From: Terriglobia bacterium
GTDB lineage: Bacteria > Acidobacteriota > Terriglobia > UBA7540
Assembly: GCA_036521995.1 (NCBI GenBank)
Contig: DATDGR010000233.1
Location: 2,342 to 66,341, forward strand
DNA length: 64,000 bases
Direction of reading: 5' to 3'
The notes under the pieces were generated by a model. It was given only the letters and a program-made list of their open reading frames with translations, was not told where the DNA came from and made no database searches. The position numbers were made by a program, and so were the translations under genes. The number at the start of each line of letters is the position of its first letter. Within the stretch, counting starts at the first letter, position 1. Below are positions 8,476 through 18,721 of this stretch, piece after piece.

Positions 8476-8844
8476 CTATTCGCCGGCACTGGTTTTGACC
8501 TGTATGCCTTCAAAGTGGTGAAGGTCGAGCTTGATCGCCGCCTTGTCCGAACTGTCAAGCACGCTGGCGGCGGCAATGCCAATGGCGACCACGATCGCGT
8601 CACTGATCTCCTGCTTGGTGCAGCCGATTTCGAGCGCCTTCTTGATGTGGCCCTCGATGCAGCCCTCGCATTTTGCCACCAGGGAGCAGCCGATCGCGAT
8701 CAGTTCCTTCGTTTTCAGGTCGAGCGCGGTGGGGGTGAAGTAGCTCTCTTTGTAGAATTTCAGATAGATATCGCGAAAGCGAGGCTCGATCATGCTCATC
8801 GAGCGCGGAAGCGAATTCGATTGGTTCGTGGAGTCGTCTGCCAT
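8476..8844 (-). CDS. carboxymuconolactone decarboxylase family / AhpD-like alkylhydroperoxidase
   Basis: 122 aa with the CxxC-type motif CEGCIEGH inside the AhpD-like helix pattern. Confidence 0.8.
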   Translation of the reverse strand: MADDSTNQSNSLPRSMSMIEPRFRDIYLKFYKESYFTPTALDLKTKELIAIGCSLVAKCEGCIEGHIKKALEIGCTKQEISDAIVVAIGIAAASVLDSSDKAAIKLDLHHFEGIQVKTSAGE

Positions 8845-9024
8845 GCGCTGTCGTTAACCTCTCTGTCCCTGGTGCAGCTTGAGTTTGCTGCTCCTCTGGC
8901 GAGCTTTGAAGCCCGGTCCCGGCGCCTTCCCCGGTTAGACGCCGCCGCCCTGGCACATGTTACTCAAAACCACCCGATACCCCACTATAGCACGCGCGGC
9001 CGCCGCTAACCTGGGTTGATTCTT

Positions 9025-10398
9025 CTACCTTCCGGCGGCATCGAGCAGGGCGGGAACCGGAGTCTTCTCCGGCGTAATGAGCTCAGGCAGCTCAAAGCGG
9101 ATCGAGGTCCCCTGGCCGGGGCGGCTGTCTACCCGCAGGGAGAAGTCGTCGCCGTAAAGCACCTTCAAGCGGTCTCGCACGTTGCGGATGCCGATGCCGG
9201 ATTCGAACACCTCGCGCTGCCTCTCGGGCGAAATCCCGACGCCGTCGTCGCTCACCTCGATCACCAGGCGCCCGTCGCGGCGGCTAGTCCGCAGGGTGAT
9301 GGTGCCTCCCTCCACCTTGGGCCCGATACCGTGCCGGATCGAGTTCTCCACCATCGGTTGGAGGATCATGCTGGGGATGGTCATCTCGTAGGTGTCGGGA
9401 TCAATCTGCTTGCACACCCGCAGCTTGTCGCTGCCGAAACGCACTACCTCAATCGAGAGGTAGTCGTCGATGAACTCGAGCTCCTGTTGGAGCGGCAGGA
9501 AATGGGCCTGCGACCGCAGTCGGCGCCGCAGAATGTTGGAAAGCTTCAGCACCACGTTCCGCGCCGTGTCGGGGTCAAAGCGGATCAGCGAGGAGACCGT
9601 ATTCAGCGTGTTAAAGAGGAAATGGGGGTTGATCTGGCTGATGAGGGCGTCCACCCGCGCCTGCATCAGCAGGCGCTCCTGGTCCTCAAGCTTCCGCTCG
9701 ATGCGGGTGCTGTTCCAAATGCGCACCGGAAGCCCCACACCGATCAGCGTCGACAGTACGATCAGCACCTTGGCAAGCGCGTTGTGGGACGAATCGATGT
9801 AGAAGAGCTGGTTGGGAGCGAGGCCTCCGATCATCATACGGGTAATCTCGAGAATGATGCAGATAAGGGCAAACAGCACCTGCCAGTCGAGCGCCGGCGC
9901 CCGAAAGCGCTGCCGGATGGAACGGTAAAGGCTCAGGTCGACGAAAGGTGAAAACTTCCAGATGGCTTCCTTGTCGGGGCAGAGCCAGCGCGCCGACCCG
10001 GCCACCACGGCGTAAAGTACCGCCATCAGCGGAGCCAGGTGTTCGTGAACACGGACCAGCGTCACCGGATCCTGATGACCAAGGAGCCACGCCGGCAGGC
10101 TCACCGCCATTCCCACCACCAGGCCTACGATCGTGCCCCCGAGCAGCCCCGCCAGCACGGTCCCTTCCAGGCTGATGTCGGCGCCTTTGTAGCCGGCCAG
10201 CAACCGCGTCAGCACGGCCAGCATGAAAGGCACACCCAGAAAAGCCGCGAACAAGAGCTTCTGCCGGGGAGTGCGCTGCTCCACGAACAGCAGCCGCTTG
10301 AAGATCCCGAAGCGGGCGATAATACTGGCGAGGGACGCGATCAAGCCGAGCTTGATCAGCAGTGTGACCAGAATCGTGGCGGTGGTGGCTACTTGCAT
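9025..10398 (-). CDS. LytS/YehU-type sensor histidine kinase (5TMR-LYT + His_kinase + HATPase)
   Basis: LISQINPHFLFNTLNTVSSLI motif, a C-terminal ATPase (DDGVGI) and N-terminal TM helices. I prefer the start at MQVATT (10398) to the Arg-rich extension reaching 10521. Confidence 0.8.
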   Translation of the reverse strand: MQVATTATILVTLLIKLGLIASLASIIARFGIFKRLLFVEQRTPRQKLLFAAFLGVPFMLAVLTRLLAGYKGADISLEGTVLAGLLGGTIVGLVVGMAVSLPAWLLGHQDPVTLVRVHEHLAPLMAVLYAVVAGSARWLCPDKEAIWKFSPFVDLSLYRSIRQRFRAPALDWQVLFALICIILEITRMMIGGLAPNQLFYIDSSHNALAKVLIVLSTLIGVGLPVRIWNSTRIERKLEDQERLLMQARVDALISQINPHFLFNTLNTVSSLIRFDPDTARNVVLKLSNILRRRLRSQAHFLPLQQELEFIDDYLSIEVVRFGSDKLRVCKQIDPDTYEMTIPSMILQPMVENSIRHGIGPKVEGGTITLRTSRRDGRLVIEVSDDGVGISPERQREVFESGIGIRNVRDRLKVLYGDDFSLRVDSRPGQGTSIRFELPELITPEKTPVPALLDAAGR

Positions 10399-10542
10399 GG
10401 CTCGTCGGCGCCGACATCGAGCGGCTCCCCTTTTGAGGGGGCCCGGCGTTGCCATTCTAACCCAGCAGAACCTCCATTTCCGATTCTCCCCGGTCCTTGA
10501 GTAGGCAGACGTAGAAGTCAACAGGCAGGATCTCCTTTAGAT

Positions 10543-11889
10543 TCAGGAGGAAAGCATCTTGGAATCGGCTGGCCCCGGTAACGGGAACCTTTCGCGGACA
10601 AGCGCCAGGCCTTCTTCGCGGGTGCTAATCCGCCCTTCGAGCTGGGTATCGCGCACGGCATCCAGGATCTCCTTGAAGCGTGGCCCAGGCAGGTGACCGA
10701 GATCGATCAGGTCATCGCCGGTGACCAGAGGCTCGGGCCGGACCACCTCCGCCGGGGTGTCCAGCATCATCTGGCGGGCCGCTTCGTATACGGTGAGGTC
10801 TCCGTGGCTCGCGAGGCAATCGAGCCGGTGCAGCTCCAGGTGCTCCGGAAATCCGTCCAGGGCCAGGAACCTCAACTGAGTGGACCGGCGCATTTTTAAG
10901 AAGTCCTTGAAGCGCATGTGCTGGCTGACCAGCTCCACCACACGCTCCGTCTCGCGCGAAGAAAGTTTAAGACGCCGGCAGATCGCCTCCGCCATCTTGG
11001 ACCCAATCTCCACGTGGCCGTCGAAGCGGATGCGCTCACGAACGGTGAATGTGGCGGGCTTGCCGATATCGTGCAGCAGCGCCCCAAGGGCGAGAGTCGG
11101 TGTGGCTTCATGCAGGCCTTCGAGCATCATCAGGGTGTGCGTCCACACGTCGCCTTCGGGATGGAACTCCGGAGGCTGGGCCACCCCTTGCAACGTCTTG
11201 ATCTCAGGAAGCACCTCCTGGAGCAGTTCGGTGCGGTCCAGCAGCTCAAAGCCGTGGAGCGCCGCGCCTTCGGTAAGGATCTTCAGCACTTCGTCGCGGA
11301 TGCGCTCCGCGCTCACCTCGTGGATGGCGGGCGCCAGCTCGCGAATGGCATCGAAGGTGGCGGGATCGAGAGCGAAATCGAAGCGGGCCGCGAACCGCAC
11401 CGCCCGCAGCATCCGCAGCCGGTCTTCCGTAAAACGGGCTGAGGGCTCACCGATGGTCCGCAGACGCCGGGCCCGGATGTCGGCCTGGCCGCCCACAAAA
11501 TCGAGAACACGCTGCTCCAGCGGGTCGTACATCAGGCCGTTGATGGTGAAGTCGCGCCGGCGCACGTCCTCCTCGAGCGTGGGAGCATATCGCACCTCGG
11601 CCGGGTGGCGGCCGTCGAGGTACCGCCCATCCGACCGGAAAGTAGCGACCTCCGTGGGCCCGTTGTCGCCGCGCACCACCACCACGCCAAACTGCGCCCC
11701 CACCGTCAGGCTTCCAGGGAAGAGCTTCACCACTTCCCCCGGCGTGGCGTCAGTGGCGACGTCGTAGTCCTGGGGTTCGCGCCCCATGACGAGGTCGCGC
11801 ACGCAACCACCCACCCAGTAGGCCTTGAACCCCGCCGCCCGCAGCCGCTCGACGATGGTCCGCGCGTTCTCGTCCTTTCTCCCCATCAA
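10543..11889 (-). CDS. cca: CCA tRNA nucleotidyltransferase (class II, with HD domain)
   Basis: AYWVGGCVRDLVMGREPQDYDVATDA, RRDFTINGL, and the HD motif LLHDIGKP. Confidence 0.8.
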   Translation of the reverse strand: MMGRKDENARTIVERLRAAGFKAYWVGGCVRDLVMGREPQDYDVATDATPGEVVKLFPGSLTVGAQFGVVVVRGDNGPTEVATFRSDGRYLDGRHPAEVRYAPTLEEDVRRRDFTINGLMYDPLEQRVLDFVGGQADIRARRLRTIGEPSARFTEDRLRMLRAVRFAARFDFALDPATFDAIRELAPAIHEVSAERIRDEVLKILTEGAALHGFELLDRTELLQEVLPEIKTLQGVAQPPEFHPEGDVWTHTLMMLEGLHEATPTLALGALLHDIGKPATFTVRERIRFDGHVEIGSKMAEAICRRLKLSSRETERVVELVSQHMRFKDFLKMRRSTQLRFLALDGFPEHLELHRLDCLASHGDLTVYEAARQMMLDTPAEVVRPEPLVTGDDLIDLGHLPGPRFKEILDAVRDTQLEGRISTREEGLALVRERFPLPGPADSKMLSS

Positions 11890-12017
11890 GCCATTACATC
11901 AGGTTTTGGACGTCCGGCGCCAGGAGTCGGGACGAGGTCAATGCGGGCGCTTCTTCTGTTAGAATAGTTCTGAGCGTCGGCAGCGGTCCAAGGCGAGTGC
12001 CGGGGGCATCGTCCAGC

Positions 12018-12521
12018 ATGTCGGAGAACATGGTCGTTTATCCCGGCTCGTTCGACCCGCTCACCAACGGCCACCTTGACCTGATCGAGCGTGGCGTCCG
12101 CATGTTCGATGGTTTGGTGGTGGCGGTACTCACCAACCTCGAGAAAAAACCGTTCTTCACCGTGCACGAACGGGTGGACATGCTGCGGGAGGTGACACGG
12201 GAGATTCCGAACGTCACCGTCGACACCTTCAGCGGCCTGCTGGTGGAATACGCGAAAAGGAAGAAAGCGCGGGCGATTCTGAGGGGGATCCGAGCCTTCT
12301 CCGACTACGAATACGAGCTGCAGATGGCGTTGATGAACCGGAAACTGGAGCCCACGGTGGAGACCGTATTCCTGATGCCGGCTGAGTCTTACACCTACGT
12401 CAGCTCGCGGCTGGTGAAGGAAATCCTGGTCCACGGAGGGTCTGTCAAGAACCTGGTCCCACCGCTGATCGAGCATCGATTGAAGGAAAAACTCGCGGCG
12501 CGCCACGCCGCCCATGGGTGA
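12018..12521 (+). CDS. coaD: pantetheine-phosphate adenylyltransferase
   Basis: VYPGSFDPLTNGHLDLIERG near the N-terminus. An alternative GTG start exists at 11997. A TAGAAT box lies at 11960..11965. Confidence 0.9.
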   Translation: MSENMVVYPGSFDPLTNGHLDLIERGVRMFDGLVVAVLTNLEKKPFFTVHERVDMLREVTREIPNVTVDTFSGLLVEYAKRKKARAILRGIRAFSDYEYELQMALMNRKLEPTVETVFLMPAESYTYVSSRLVKEILVHGGSVKNLVPPLIEHRLKEKLAARHAAHG

Positions 12522-13725
12522 AATCATGCACTTTTCCGAAGGCATTTCGCGAATCAAGGTCTCGTCGACGGCCGCCGTCGTGGCCAAAGCGGATCAGCTC
12601 AAAACTTCGGGCGCAAGTCTGATTGACTTTGGTGCCGGCGAGCCCGATTTCTCCACCCCTGAGAACATCAAACGGGCAGCGGCGGTGGCGCTCGAGCAGA
12701 ACTTCACGCGTTACACGCCCACGGGCGGCATCGCGGGTCTCAGGCGGGCCATCGTGGAGCGGCACGGGCGGGACTTCGGTTCGAATTACAAGCCGGAAGA
12801 GTGTGTGGTGACCGTGGGAGGCAAGCAAGCCATCTTTGAAGCCGTGGCCGCCACGGTGAACCCGGGCGACGAAGTCATTCTGCCGGTGCCTTACTGGACC
12901 TCATTCCTCGACATCATCCGCTACTCGGACGGGCAGCCGGTTCTGCTCGAGACGCGCGAGTCCGAGGGCTTTGCCGTCCGCGCCGCCGAAGTGGAGCGGC
13001 TGATCACACCCAAAACGCGCCTGATCATCGTCAACTCGCCCAGCAATCCCACCGGCGCTGTAGTCCCGCCCGAGGAGATGCTAAAGCTGCTGGCTTTGGC
13101 CGAGCGGCGTGGCCTGTGGCTCCTCTCGGACGAATGTTACTGCCATTTTCTTTACGACGGCCAGGCGCCTTACTCGCTCGGGGCCTCGCACAACCGCGAG
13201 AACCTGATCGTGGTGGGGTCGCTGTCGAAGACCTACGCCATGACGGGCTGGCGGGTGGGATTCGCCCTGGGCGCGAAGGAACTGATCTCCAACATGGTGA
13301 AGCTGCAGAGCCACTCCACCTCCAACGTCACCTCCTTCGTGCAGCGCGGGGCTATCGAAGCGCTGATGGGCCCTCAGGATTCCGTGGAAGCGATGCGGGC
13401 CGAGTACGAGCGGCGCCGCAACCGGATTGTGGCCGGGCTGCGATCCCTGCCAGGCGTGCAGTGCGCCCTGCCCGGCGGAGCGTTCTACGTCTACCCCAAT
13501 GTGCAGGCGTATCTCGGGAGCCATCTCGACGCCAACGCGCTGGCCACCCGCCTGCTGGAGGAGGCCTTAGTGGCCGTAGTCCCCGGACCGGCCTTTGGAA
13601 CCCCAGAGCACTTGCGATTCTCTTACGCCGCCTCGCTCGAGCAGATCGAGGAGGGCCTGGCAAGATTCGGGGCTTTCCTGGCGAAGATCGGAGCCGCCTC
13701 CACTCCAGCCTATGCCAGCGCTTGA
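12514..13725 (+). CDS. pyridoxal-phosphate-dependent aminotransferase class I (aspartate aminotransferase-like)
   Basis: SLSKTYAMTGWRVGF PLP-lysine motif and NPSNPTG. The start overlaps the coaD stop by 8 nt (ATGGGTGA). Confidence 0.85.
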   Translation: MGEIMHFSEGISRIKVSSTAAVVAKADQLKTSGASLIDFGAGEPDFSTPENIKRAAAVALEQNFTRYTPTGGIAGLRRAIVERHGRDFGSNYKPEECVVTVGGKQAIFEAVAATVNPGDEVILPVPYWTSFLDIIRYSDGQPVLLETRESEGFAVRAAEVERLITPKTRLIIVNSPSNPTGAVVPPEEMLKLLALAERRGLWLLSDECYCHFLYDGQAPYSLGASHNRENLIVVGSLSKTYAMTGWRVGFALGAKELISNMVKLQSHSTSNVTSFVQRGAIEALMGPQDSVEAMRAEYERRRNRIVAGLRSLPGVQCALPGGAFYVYPNVQAYLGSHLDANALATRLLEEALVAVVPGPAFGTPEHLRFSYAASLEQIEEGLARFGAFLAKIGAASTPAYASA

Positions 13726-14824
13726 CACTCCGGCACTGCTCGCGCCCGACTTTAAGGAGAAGATCTGGGGTCGCGAAGACCTCGATCCGCTCTATCCTTC
13801 CGACGAGCTGGGCGGAAACGAAGTTCTTGTCCCAGGCGCTGCGAGCGCGGCTGGTGGCGAGCCCGAGTCGGCGATCCCGCGGGTCGGCGAGGCCTGGCTG
13901 ACGGGTGAGAACGCCACTTTCCTGAGCGGCTCGGTGGCCGGGATGACGCTCGGCGAAGTCTTCCGGCGGTGGCCAAAGGAGCTCTGCGGGCCGGACTGGA
14001 CCGGCGACCAGTTTCCCATTCTCGCCAAGTTTCTGTTCACCAGCGACTGGCTTTCCATGCAGGTTCACCCTGATGACGACTATGCCGCAGCGCATGAAAG
14101 GAGCCGCGGCAAGACCGAGGCCTGGTATATCATCGAGTGTGATCCCGATGCCGAAATTGCTCTGGCGCTTCCGCCGGGCACGACGCGGCTGGCCCTGGAG
14201 GCGGCCTGCCGTGAAGCGCGGTCGCGCGAACTGGCGAGGAGATTTGGCCCGAAACCCGAAGAGGTGGTTTTCGTGCCCTCCGGCACATTGCACGCACTCG
14301 GTCCGGGTCTGGTGTTGTTTGAAGCATCCGAGACAAGTGACGTCACCTACCGCCTTGACGACTACGCCCGCCTCGACAGCCGGGGCCATCCGCGCCCGCT
14401 CCACCTGGAGCGCGGGCTCGAGACTACGCGGCTGGAGGCGCCCGCTCTTCACGACTTGCCTGCGATCGAGTTTTCGGAGCCGTTCGGCCGGCGCCGCTGG
14501 GCGGTTGCGTGTCGTTACTTCGCGGTGGAAGAACTGCTGGTCCGCAATCCTCACAACTTCGCAGCGTCCCACGATGGCGTGGAGTGCCTGACGGTGATTG
14601 GCGGCGAAGGCCGGATGGAAATCAAGGCCGGCTGGCTGGCCTACCGCCCGGGCCAAACATGGGTGGTGCCGCCGGGCGCGTCGCCGTACCGCCTGATGCC
14701 GGAGAAGCCATCGAGCTTCATCCGCTTTTACGTGCCCGACCTTGAGCGCGACTTCCGCCAGCCCCTCGCGGAGCGCGGCGTTTCGGCGGAGATGATCAGC
14801 AAACTTGTATTCGACCCAACGTAG
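13712..14824 (+). CDS. manA: type I mannose-6-phosphate isomerase
   Basis: FPILAKFL...LSMQVHPDD.YA...GKTEAWYII and the later SGTLHALGPG. I chose the ATG at 13712 (MPALDT) rather than 13595, which overlaps the aminotransferase. Confidence 0.75.
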   Translation: MPALDTPALLAPDFKEKIWGREDLDPLYPSDELGGNEVLVPGAASAAGGEPESAIPRVGEAWLTGENATFLSGSVAGMTLGEVFRRWPKELCGPDWTGDQFPILAKFLFTSDWLSMQVHPDDDYAAAHERSRGKTEAWYIIECDPDAEIALALPPGTTRLALEAACREARSRELARRFGPKPEEVVFVPSGTLHALGPGLVLFEASETSDVTYRLDDYARLDSRGHPRPLHLERGLETTRLEAPALHDLPAIEFSEPFGRRRWAVACRYFAVEELLVRNPHNFAASHDGVECLTVIGGEGRMEIKAGWLAYRPGQTWVVPPGASPYRLMPEKPSSFIRFYVPDLERDFRQPLAERGVSAEMISKLVFDPT

Positions 14825-15033
14825 CGCGGGACCTGATCGGAGGTCCGCAGCTCTGGGCCTTCTGGGCAGGGTAAAGCGGGTAGCCATCTCGGACGTGGCG
14901 AAGCCGTGTAGAGGGCTACACCCAAAGCCAAAGTGAGGCTGGACCAAGGCGGGAATCTCCTTTAGAATCAACAATGGCTAGCTTGGCCTCGAGGCAGCAG
15001 CGGATGGAACCGAGAAGTCAATCCTGAGGGACA

Positions 15034-15966
15034 ATGGTCATGTCGAAGAATGGATCGCGCCGGGATTTTCTGAAGACCTCAATGGTTGCCGCCTGCGCGG
15101 CGGGCATCGGCGCCGGAGCGTCGGATCCCGCGGTGGCGCAGACCCCGTCCGTCTCGACGCCGGTCGGCTCTCCCCTCCACATCAAGAAGGGCGTGCTCGT
15201 CGACATGCTGCCTAAGAATCTCAGCTATGCCGACCGCTTCAAAATGGCCCTAGACGTAGGGTTCGAAGCCCTTCAGGTGAACACCACCCCTGACCCGAAG
15301 GAGTCGGAGGAGATCAAGCGGGCGGCGGATGGAGCCGGCATCCGCATCGATTCGGTGATGAACATGGACCATTGGAAATGGCCCTTGTCTTCGGCCGATC
15401 CGGCAGTGGTGGAAAAGAGTCTCGACGGAATGCGGACGTCGCTCAACAATGCCAAGCTCTGGGGGGCCGGTTACGTGCTCCTGGTGCCGGCAGTCGTGAA
15501 TGCCCAGACGAGTTATCGCGACGCCTGGAACCGCTCCCAGATCGAGATCCGAAAGCTCCTTCCTCTGGCCGAGCAGTTGCAAGTGGTGATCGCGCTGGAA
15601 GAGGTCTGGAACAAGTTTCTGCTGAGTCCCATCGAGTTTGCCATTTACCTGGACCAATTTCAGAGCCCGTGGGTGAAAGCCTGGTTCGACGTCGGCAACG
15701 TGGTTTTCTACGGCTATCCCCAGGACTGGATTCGAACGCTCGGACCGCGCATCGTCGACATGCACGTCAAGGACTTTAAGCGGCAGGACGACTGCTACCA
15801 CTGGGTGAACCTGGGCGACGGCGATGTGGACTGGGCGGAGGTTCGCAAGGCCCTGGCCGAGATTGGCTACTCGGGCACCGTCATTACCGAGCTCGAAGGC
15901 GGCGACCAAGCCTACCTGCGGGATGTAAGCCAGCGCGTCGACCGGCTGGTGCTCGGCAAAGCGTGA
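15034..15966 (+). CDS. sugar phosphate isomerase/epimerase (xylose isomerase-like TIM barrel) with Tat signal
   Basis: Twin-arginine signal SRRDFLKTSMVAACAAG. A TAGAATCAA box lies at 14963. Confidence 0.75.
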   Translation: MVMSKNGSRRDFLKTSMVAACAAGIGAGASDPAVAQTPSVSTPVGSPLHIKKGVLVDMLPKNLSYADRFKMALDVGFEALQVNTTPDPKESEEIKRAADGAGIRIDSVMNMDHWKWPLSSADPAVVEKSLDGMRTSLNNAKLWGAGYVLLVPAVVNAQTSYRDAWNRSQIEIRKLLPLAEQLQVVIALEEVWNKFLLSPIEFAIYLDQFQSPWVKAWFDVGNVVFYGYPQDWIRTLGPRIVDMHVKDFKRQDDCYHWVNLGDGDVDWAEVRKALAEIGYSGTVITELEGGDQAYLRDVSQRVDRLVLGKA

Positions 15967-15974
15967 GTTTCGGC

Positions 15975-18521
15975 CTACTTCCTCCCCAAGAGCCGGAGTT
16001 GTGCCGTCAAGACGCGTCCTTGGATTCCCCCGTAAGTGAGGAACTGCGGTGAGTCCACGTTGTTGTCCACGCTGGTGGCGTTGGGGCGGTTGGTGATGTC
16101 GTTGAAACCCGCCCGCAGCGCCCAGGAAAATTTGAAGAGGTGGAAGCGCTTCTCCAGGGCCAGGTCGAGCGAAAAATAGGCGGGGAAGTGGCCCGCGCCC
16201 GGCGGAGCTACGAGCTGCTGGTTCTGGTTCACCAGGTAGAAAGGGTAACCGCTGCGGGCGTCCACCGCGTAAGCCAGATCATAGCCTCGAACGAGGGGCA
16301 GGAAGCCCCACGTAATCAAGCGATGCGGCGAGTCCCAGGGTAGAGGTCCTGGCAGCTGCGGGCTGAAGAGCGGATTGTCGAGGCTGAAGCTGAGTACGGC
16401 ATTGGCATTGGCCTTCGACTCCGTATAGGAGGCGAACACCAGATGGTTGCCCCTGAATTGCTTGCGCACCGTGATTCGGGTGGCGTGGTAGTGGGTCTGC
16501 TGAGAGTTGCGCAGGGTGAAGGTTCCGTTCAGGCAATTGGCGATCGCGGTGCACTGGTTGTAATAGGCGAAGCCGTCGTGGCCGCTCTTTTCGAGGAACT
16601 CGAGATCGGCGTAAACAGACCCAGGCAGTTTCCGCTCGACGCCTGCGCTCCAGTTGAGAACCCGGAGCTCCTGCAACGTCCCCGGAATGTCGTGGAAGGA
16701 CGTGATCACCGGAGGACCGAGCGGCGTCTTGCCGGTGTTATCGTAGAAGACGTCGAGCCGTTCGCCAGCCAGCGGCAGGGACAACAAGTTGAGGTCGGTC
16801 GAATCGTAGTAGACCCCGATGCCGCCCACGAATCGGGTTTCACCGCCCCGATCCAGCAGGTAACTGGCGGCCATGCGAGGCGAAACCAGGACGTCCCGCA
16901 CGATTTCATCCCAGTCCAAGCGGAGCCCGGGTGTGAGGGTGAGACGGTTGGAGGGCGACCACCGGTCCTGCGCATAGGCTCCCACCGCAAAATTGTCCAG
17001 GGTGAGCGCAGAGGGTCCCGTAAAGCTCGCCTGGCGGGCGAGAGTGCCATCGGCGCGGACGATCTCGAAAGCGTTGCGGACATAAGAGGCTTCATCGGTG
17101 ATCCGGTCCAGATCGGCACCGAACTTGAATTCATGTCGCCCCGCGGCCTGGGCGGGTACTGTGAGGTTCGCGAGGCCTTCGAGGCGGCGCGAGCGCCCCA
17201 TGGCGGACTCGAAGTAGTTGCCGCTGTTAACGCTCGGGCTGATCACATAGGTCTGATTGCCAAGCGGCTCCTGGTTGGAATAAAAGTCCGTCTCCGCCAG
17301 GCCAGCCTCGAACAGCACTCCTTTGGGCAGAAAGGCCTGATCCTTCAAGGCTAGCAGATCGTTCGACTGCCGAAGATCGAGTGTGGCCGGCACCGGATTA
17401 AACTGTGACAGACCGGCGTGATTCTGGCCGAACCCGTTGATGAGGAACGTTCCGGTAACAATGTTGGTGGGCGTCAGATTCAGTTGCGCTTTGGCGAGCT
17501 GTCCGTAACGCCAGGAGGTAACCTGATCCTGGCCCGGAGGCAGTTCCCTGATGATGGTCTGGTTGTACTCTCCCTCGGGCGCGAGCAGAAACCAGGCTTT
17601 TCCCCGGTGCAGTGGGCCCGTGACCATGAATCGCGGGACCCAGCTTCCAATGTGCAAGCCCTGATTGAAGGCCACTGACGGAAGAAAGTCCGTGCCTGTG
17701 AACCGGAAGTGGTCGTCACCCATTCCGGTTGTGAGATCGAGCACGCCGCCCGTGCCGCCTCCGTACTCGGCCGGATAGCGTGAGTTCTGGAGCGTCACCG
17801 AACGCACGGCGTCGACGCTCACTCGGGTCAGGAAGTCGCGGCTCTGTGGCGCATTGAGCGTGAAGCCGTCGAGCAGGTAGATTGTCTGCGGGCTGTCGGA
17901 GCCATCCACGTGGACCTGAGCCGTAGCATCGGGCAACACGCCCGGCAGCAGCGGCAGGGCGTAGCGGATATCGCGCGGCACTCCGGAGGGCAGGTCAATG
18001 ATGTCATGGCTGGAGAGCGTGTTGCTTAAGGTGGTCTTCTCCGGGTCTATGATCGGCGGCGAGTACACCACGTTCACGTGCTCCACCAGTTCACGTTGAT
18101 GGTTGAGTGTCACCTCCACCGCCTCGGTGGTCCCGACTTCCACGTCCTTCTTGATCACGGCGAAGAAGCCTTCCTTCTCGACTCGAAGCTGGTACGGTCC
18201 CAGCTTGAGGCCGGCGATCTCACAGTGGCCCGCGTAATCGGTTTCGCACTTAGCGGCGCCACCGGACCCCAACAGCGCCGCCTGGGCAAACTGGACGGCT
18301 ACTCCGTTCTCGTCGAGCACTGTGATAGCTAGGCCGGCCTCAGGCTTCGACGCCACGGTAGATTGAGCCGATGGCGAACTGGCTGCTGACGTTGCCATGG
18401 CGACTGGCAGAAAGACCAGTAACGAGAGGACCTGGATCCGCGGGGCGCTCCGCCCGCGCCCTGCTGTTCGGTGCCGGCACCTGTCGCCACACCGGGCTTG
18501 ATTACCGGATTGGCCGCACAT
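15975..18521 (-). CDS. TonB-dependent receptor-like outer-membrane protein with carboxypeptidase-regulatory-like N-domain
   Basis: N-terminal CarboxypepD_reg pattern (ITVLDENGVAV..A...L......ETDYAGHCEIAGLKLGPYQLRVEKEGF) followed by a long beta-barrel. The start is uncertain (18521 or 18587). Confidence 0.8.
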   Translation of the reverse strand: MCGQSGNQARCGDRCRHRTAGRGRSAPRIQVLSLLVFLPVAMATSAASSPSAQSTVASKPEAGLAITVLDENGVAVQFAQAALLGSGGAAKCETDYAGHCEIAGLKLGPYQLRVEKEGFFAVIKKDVEVGTTEAVEVTLNHQRELVEHVNVVYSPPIIDPEKTTLSNTLSSHDIIDLPSGVPRDIRYALPLLPGVLPDATAQVHVDGSDSPQTIYLLDGFTLNAPQSRDFLTRVSVDAVRSVTLQNSRYPAEYGGGTGGVLDLTTGMGDDHFRFTGTDFLPSVAFNQGLHIGSWVPRFMVTGPLHRGKAWFLLAPEGEYNQTIIRELPPGQDQVTSWRYGQLAKAQLNLTPTNIVTGTFLINGFGQNHAGLSQFNPVPATLDLRQSNDLLALKDQAFLPKGVLFEAGLAETDFYSNQEPLGNQTYVISPSVNSGNYFESAMGRSRRLEGLANLTVPAQAAGRHEFKFGADLDRITDEASYVRNAFEIVRADGTLARQASFTGPSALTLDNFAVGAYAQDRWSPSNRLTLTPGLRLDWDEIVRDVLVSPRMAASYLLDRGGETRFVGGIGVYYDSTDLNLLSLPLAGERLDVFYDNTGKTPLGPPVITSFHDIPGTLQELRVLNWSAGVERKLPGSVYADLEFLEKSGHDGFAYYNQCTAIANCLNGTFTLRNSQQTHYHATRITVRKQFRGNHLVFASYTESKANANAVLSFSLDNPLFSPQLPGPLPWDSPHRLITWGFLPLVRGYDLAYAVDARSGYPFYLVNQNQQLVAPPGAGHFPAYFSLDLALEKRFHLFKFSWALRAGFNDITNRPNATSVDNNVDSPQFLTYGGIQGRVLTAQLRLLGRK

Positions 18522-18721
18522 TACCCATCCATTTTCCTCTGTTCCGCGGCTAGTGCAAGCCGTACCGCCAGACGATGCTATTTCCAAGTTCGATAACCAC
18601 CAAAATCTCTCAAAGCTCTTGGCAGGGGCGCCCTCAGTGTGGTACTCTCGAAACTCGATAAAGTCAATCAGGTTAGTTGAGGGAGCGGCGGAGGCGAGCA
18701 GCCTTCAATCGCTTGGAGTCA

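Noticed and set aside
13352-14974. 540-aa ORF on the minus strand opposite the aminotransferase and manA genes
   Set aside because: It is antisense to two genes with clear catalytic motifs. The translation is extremely Arg/Pro/Ala-rich.
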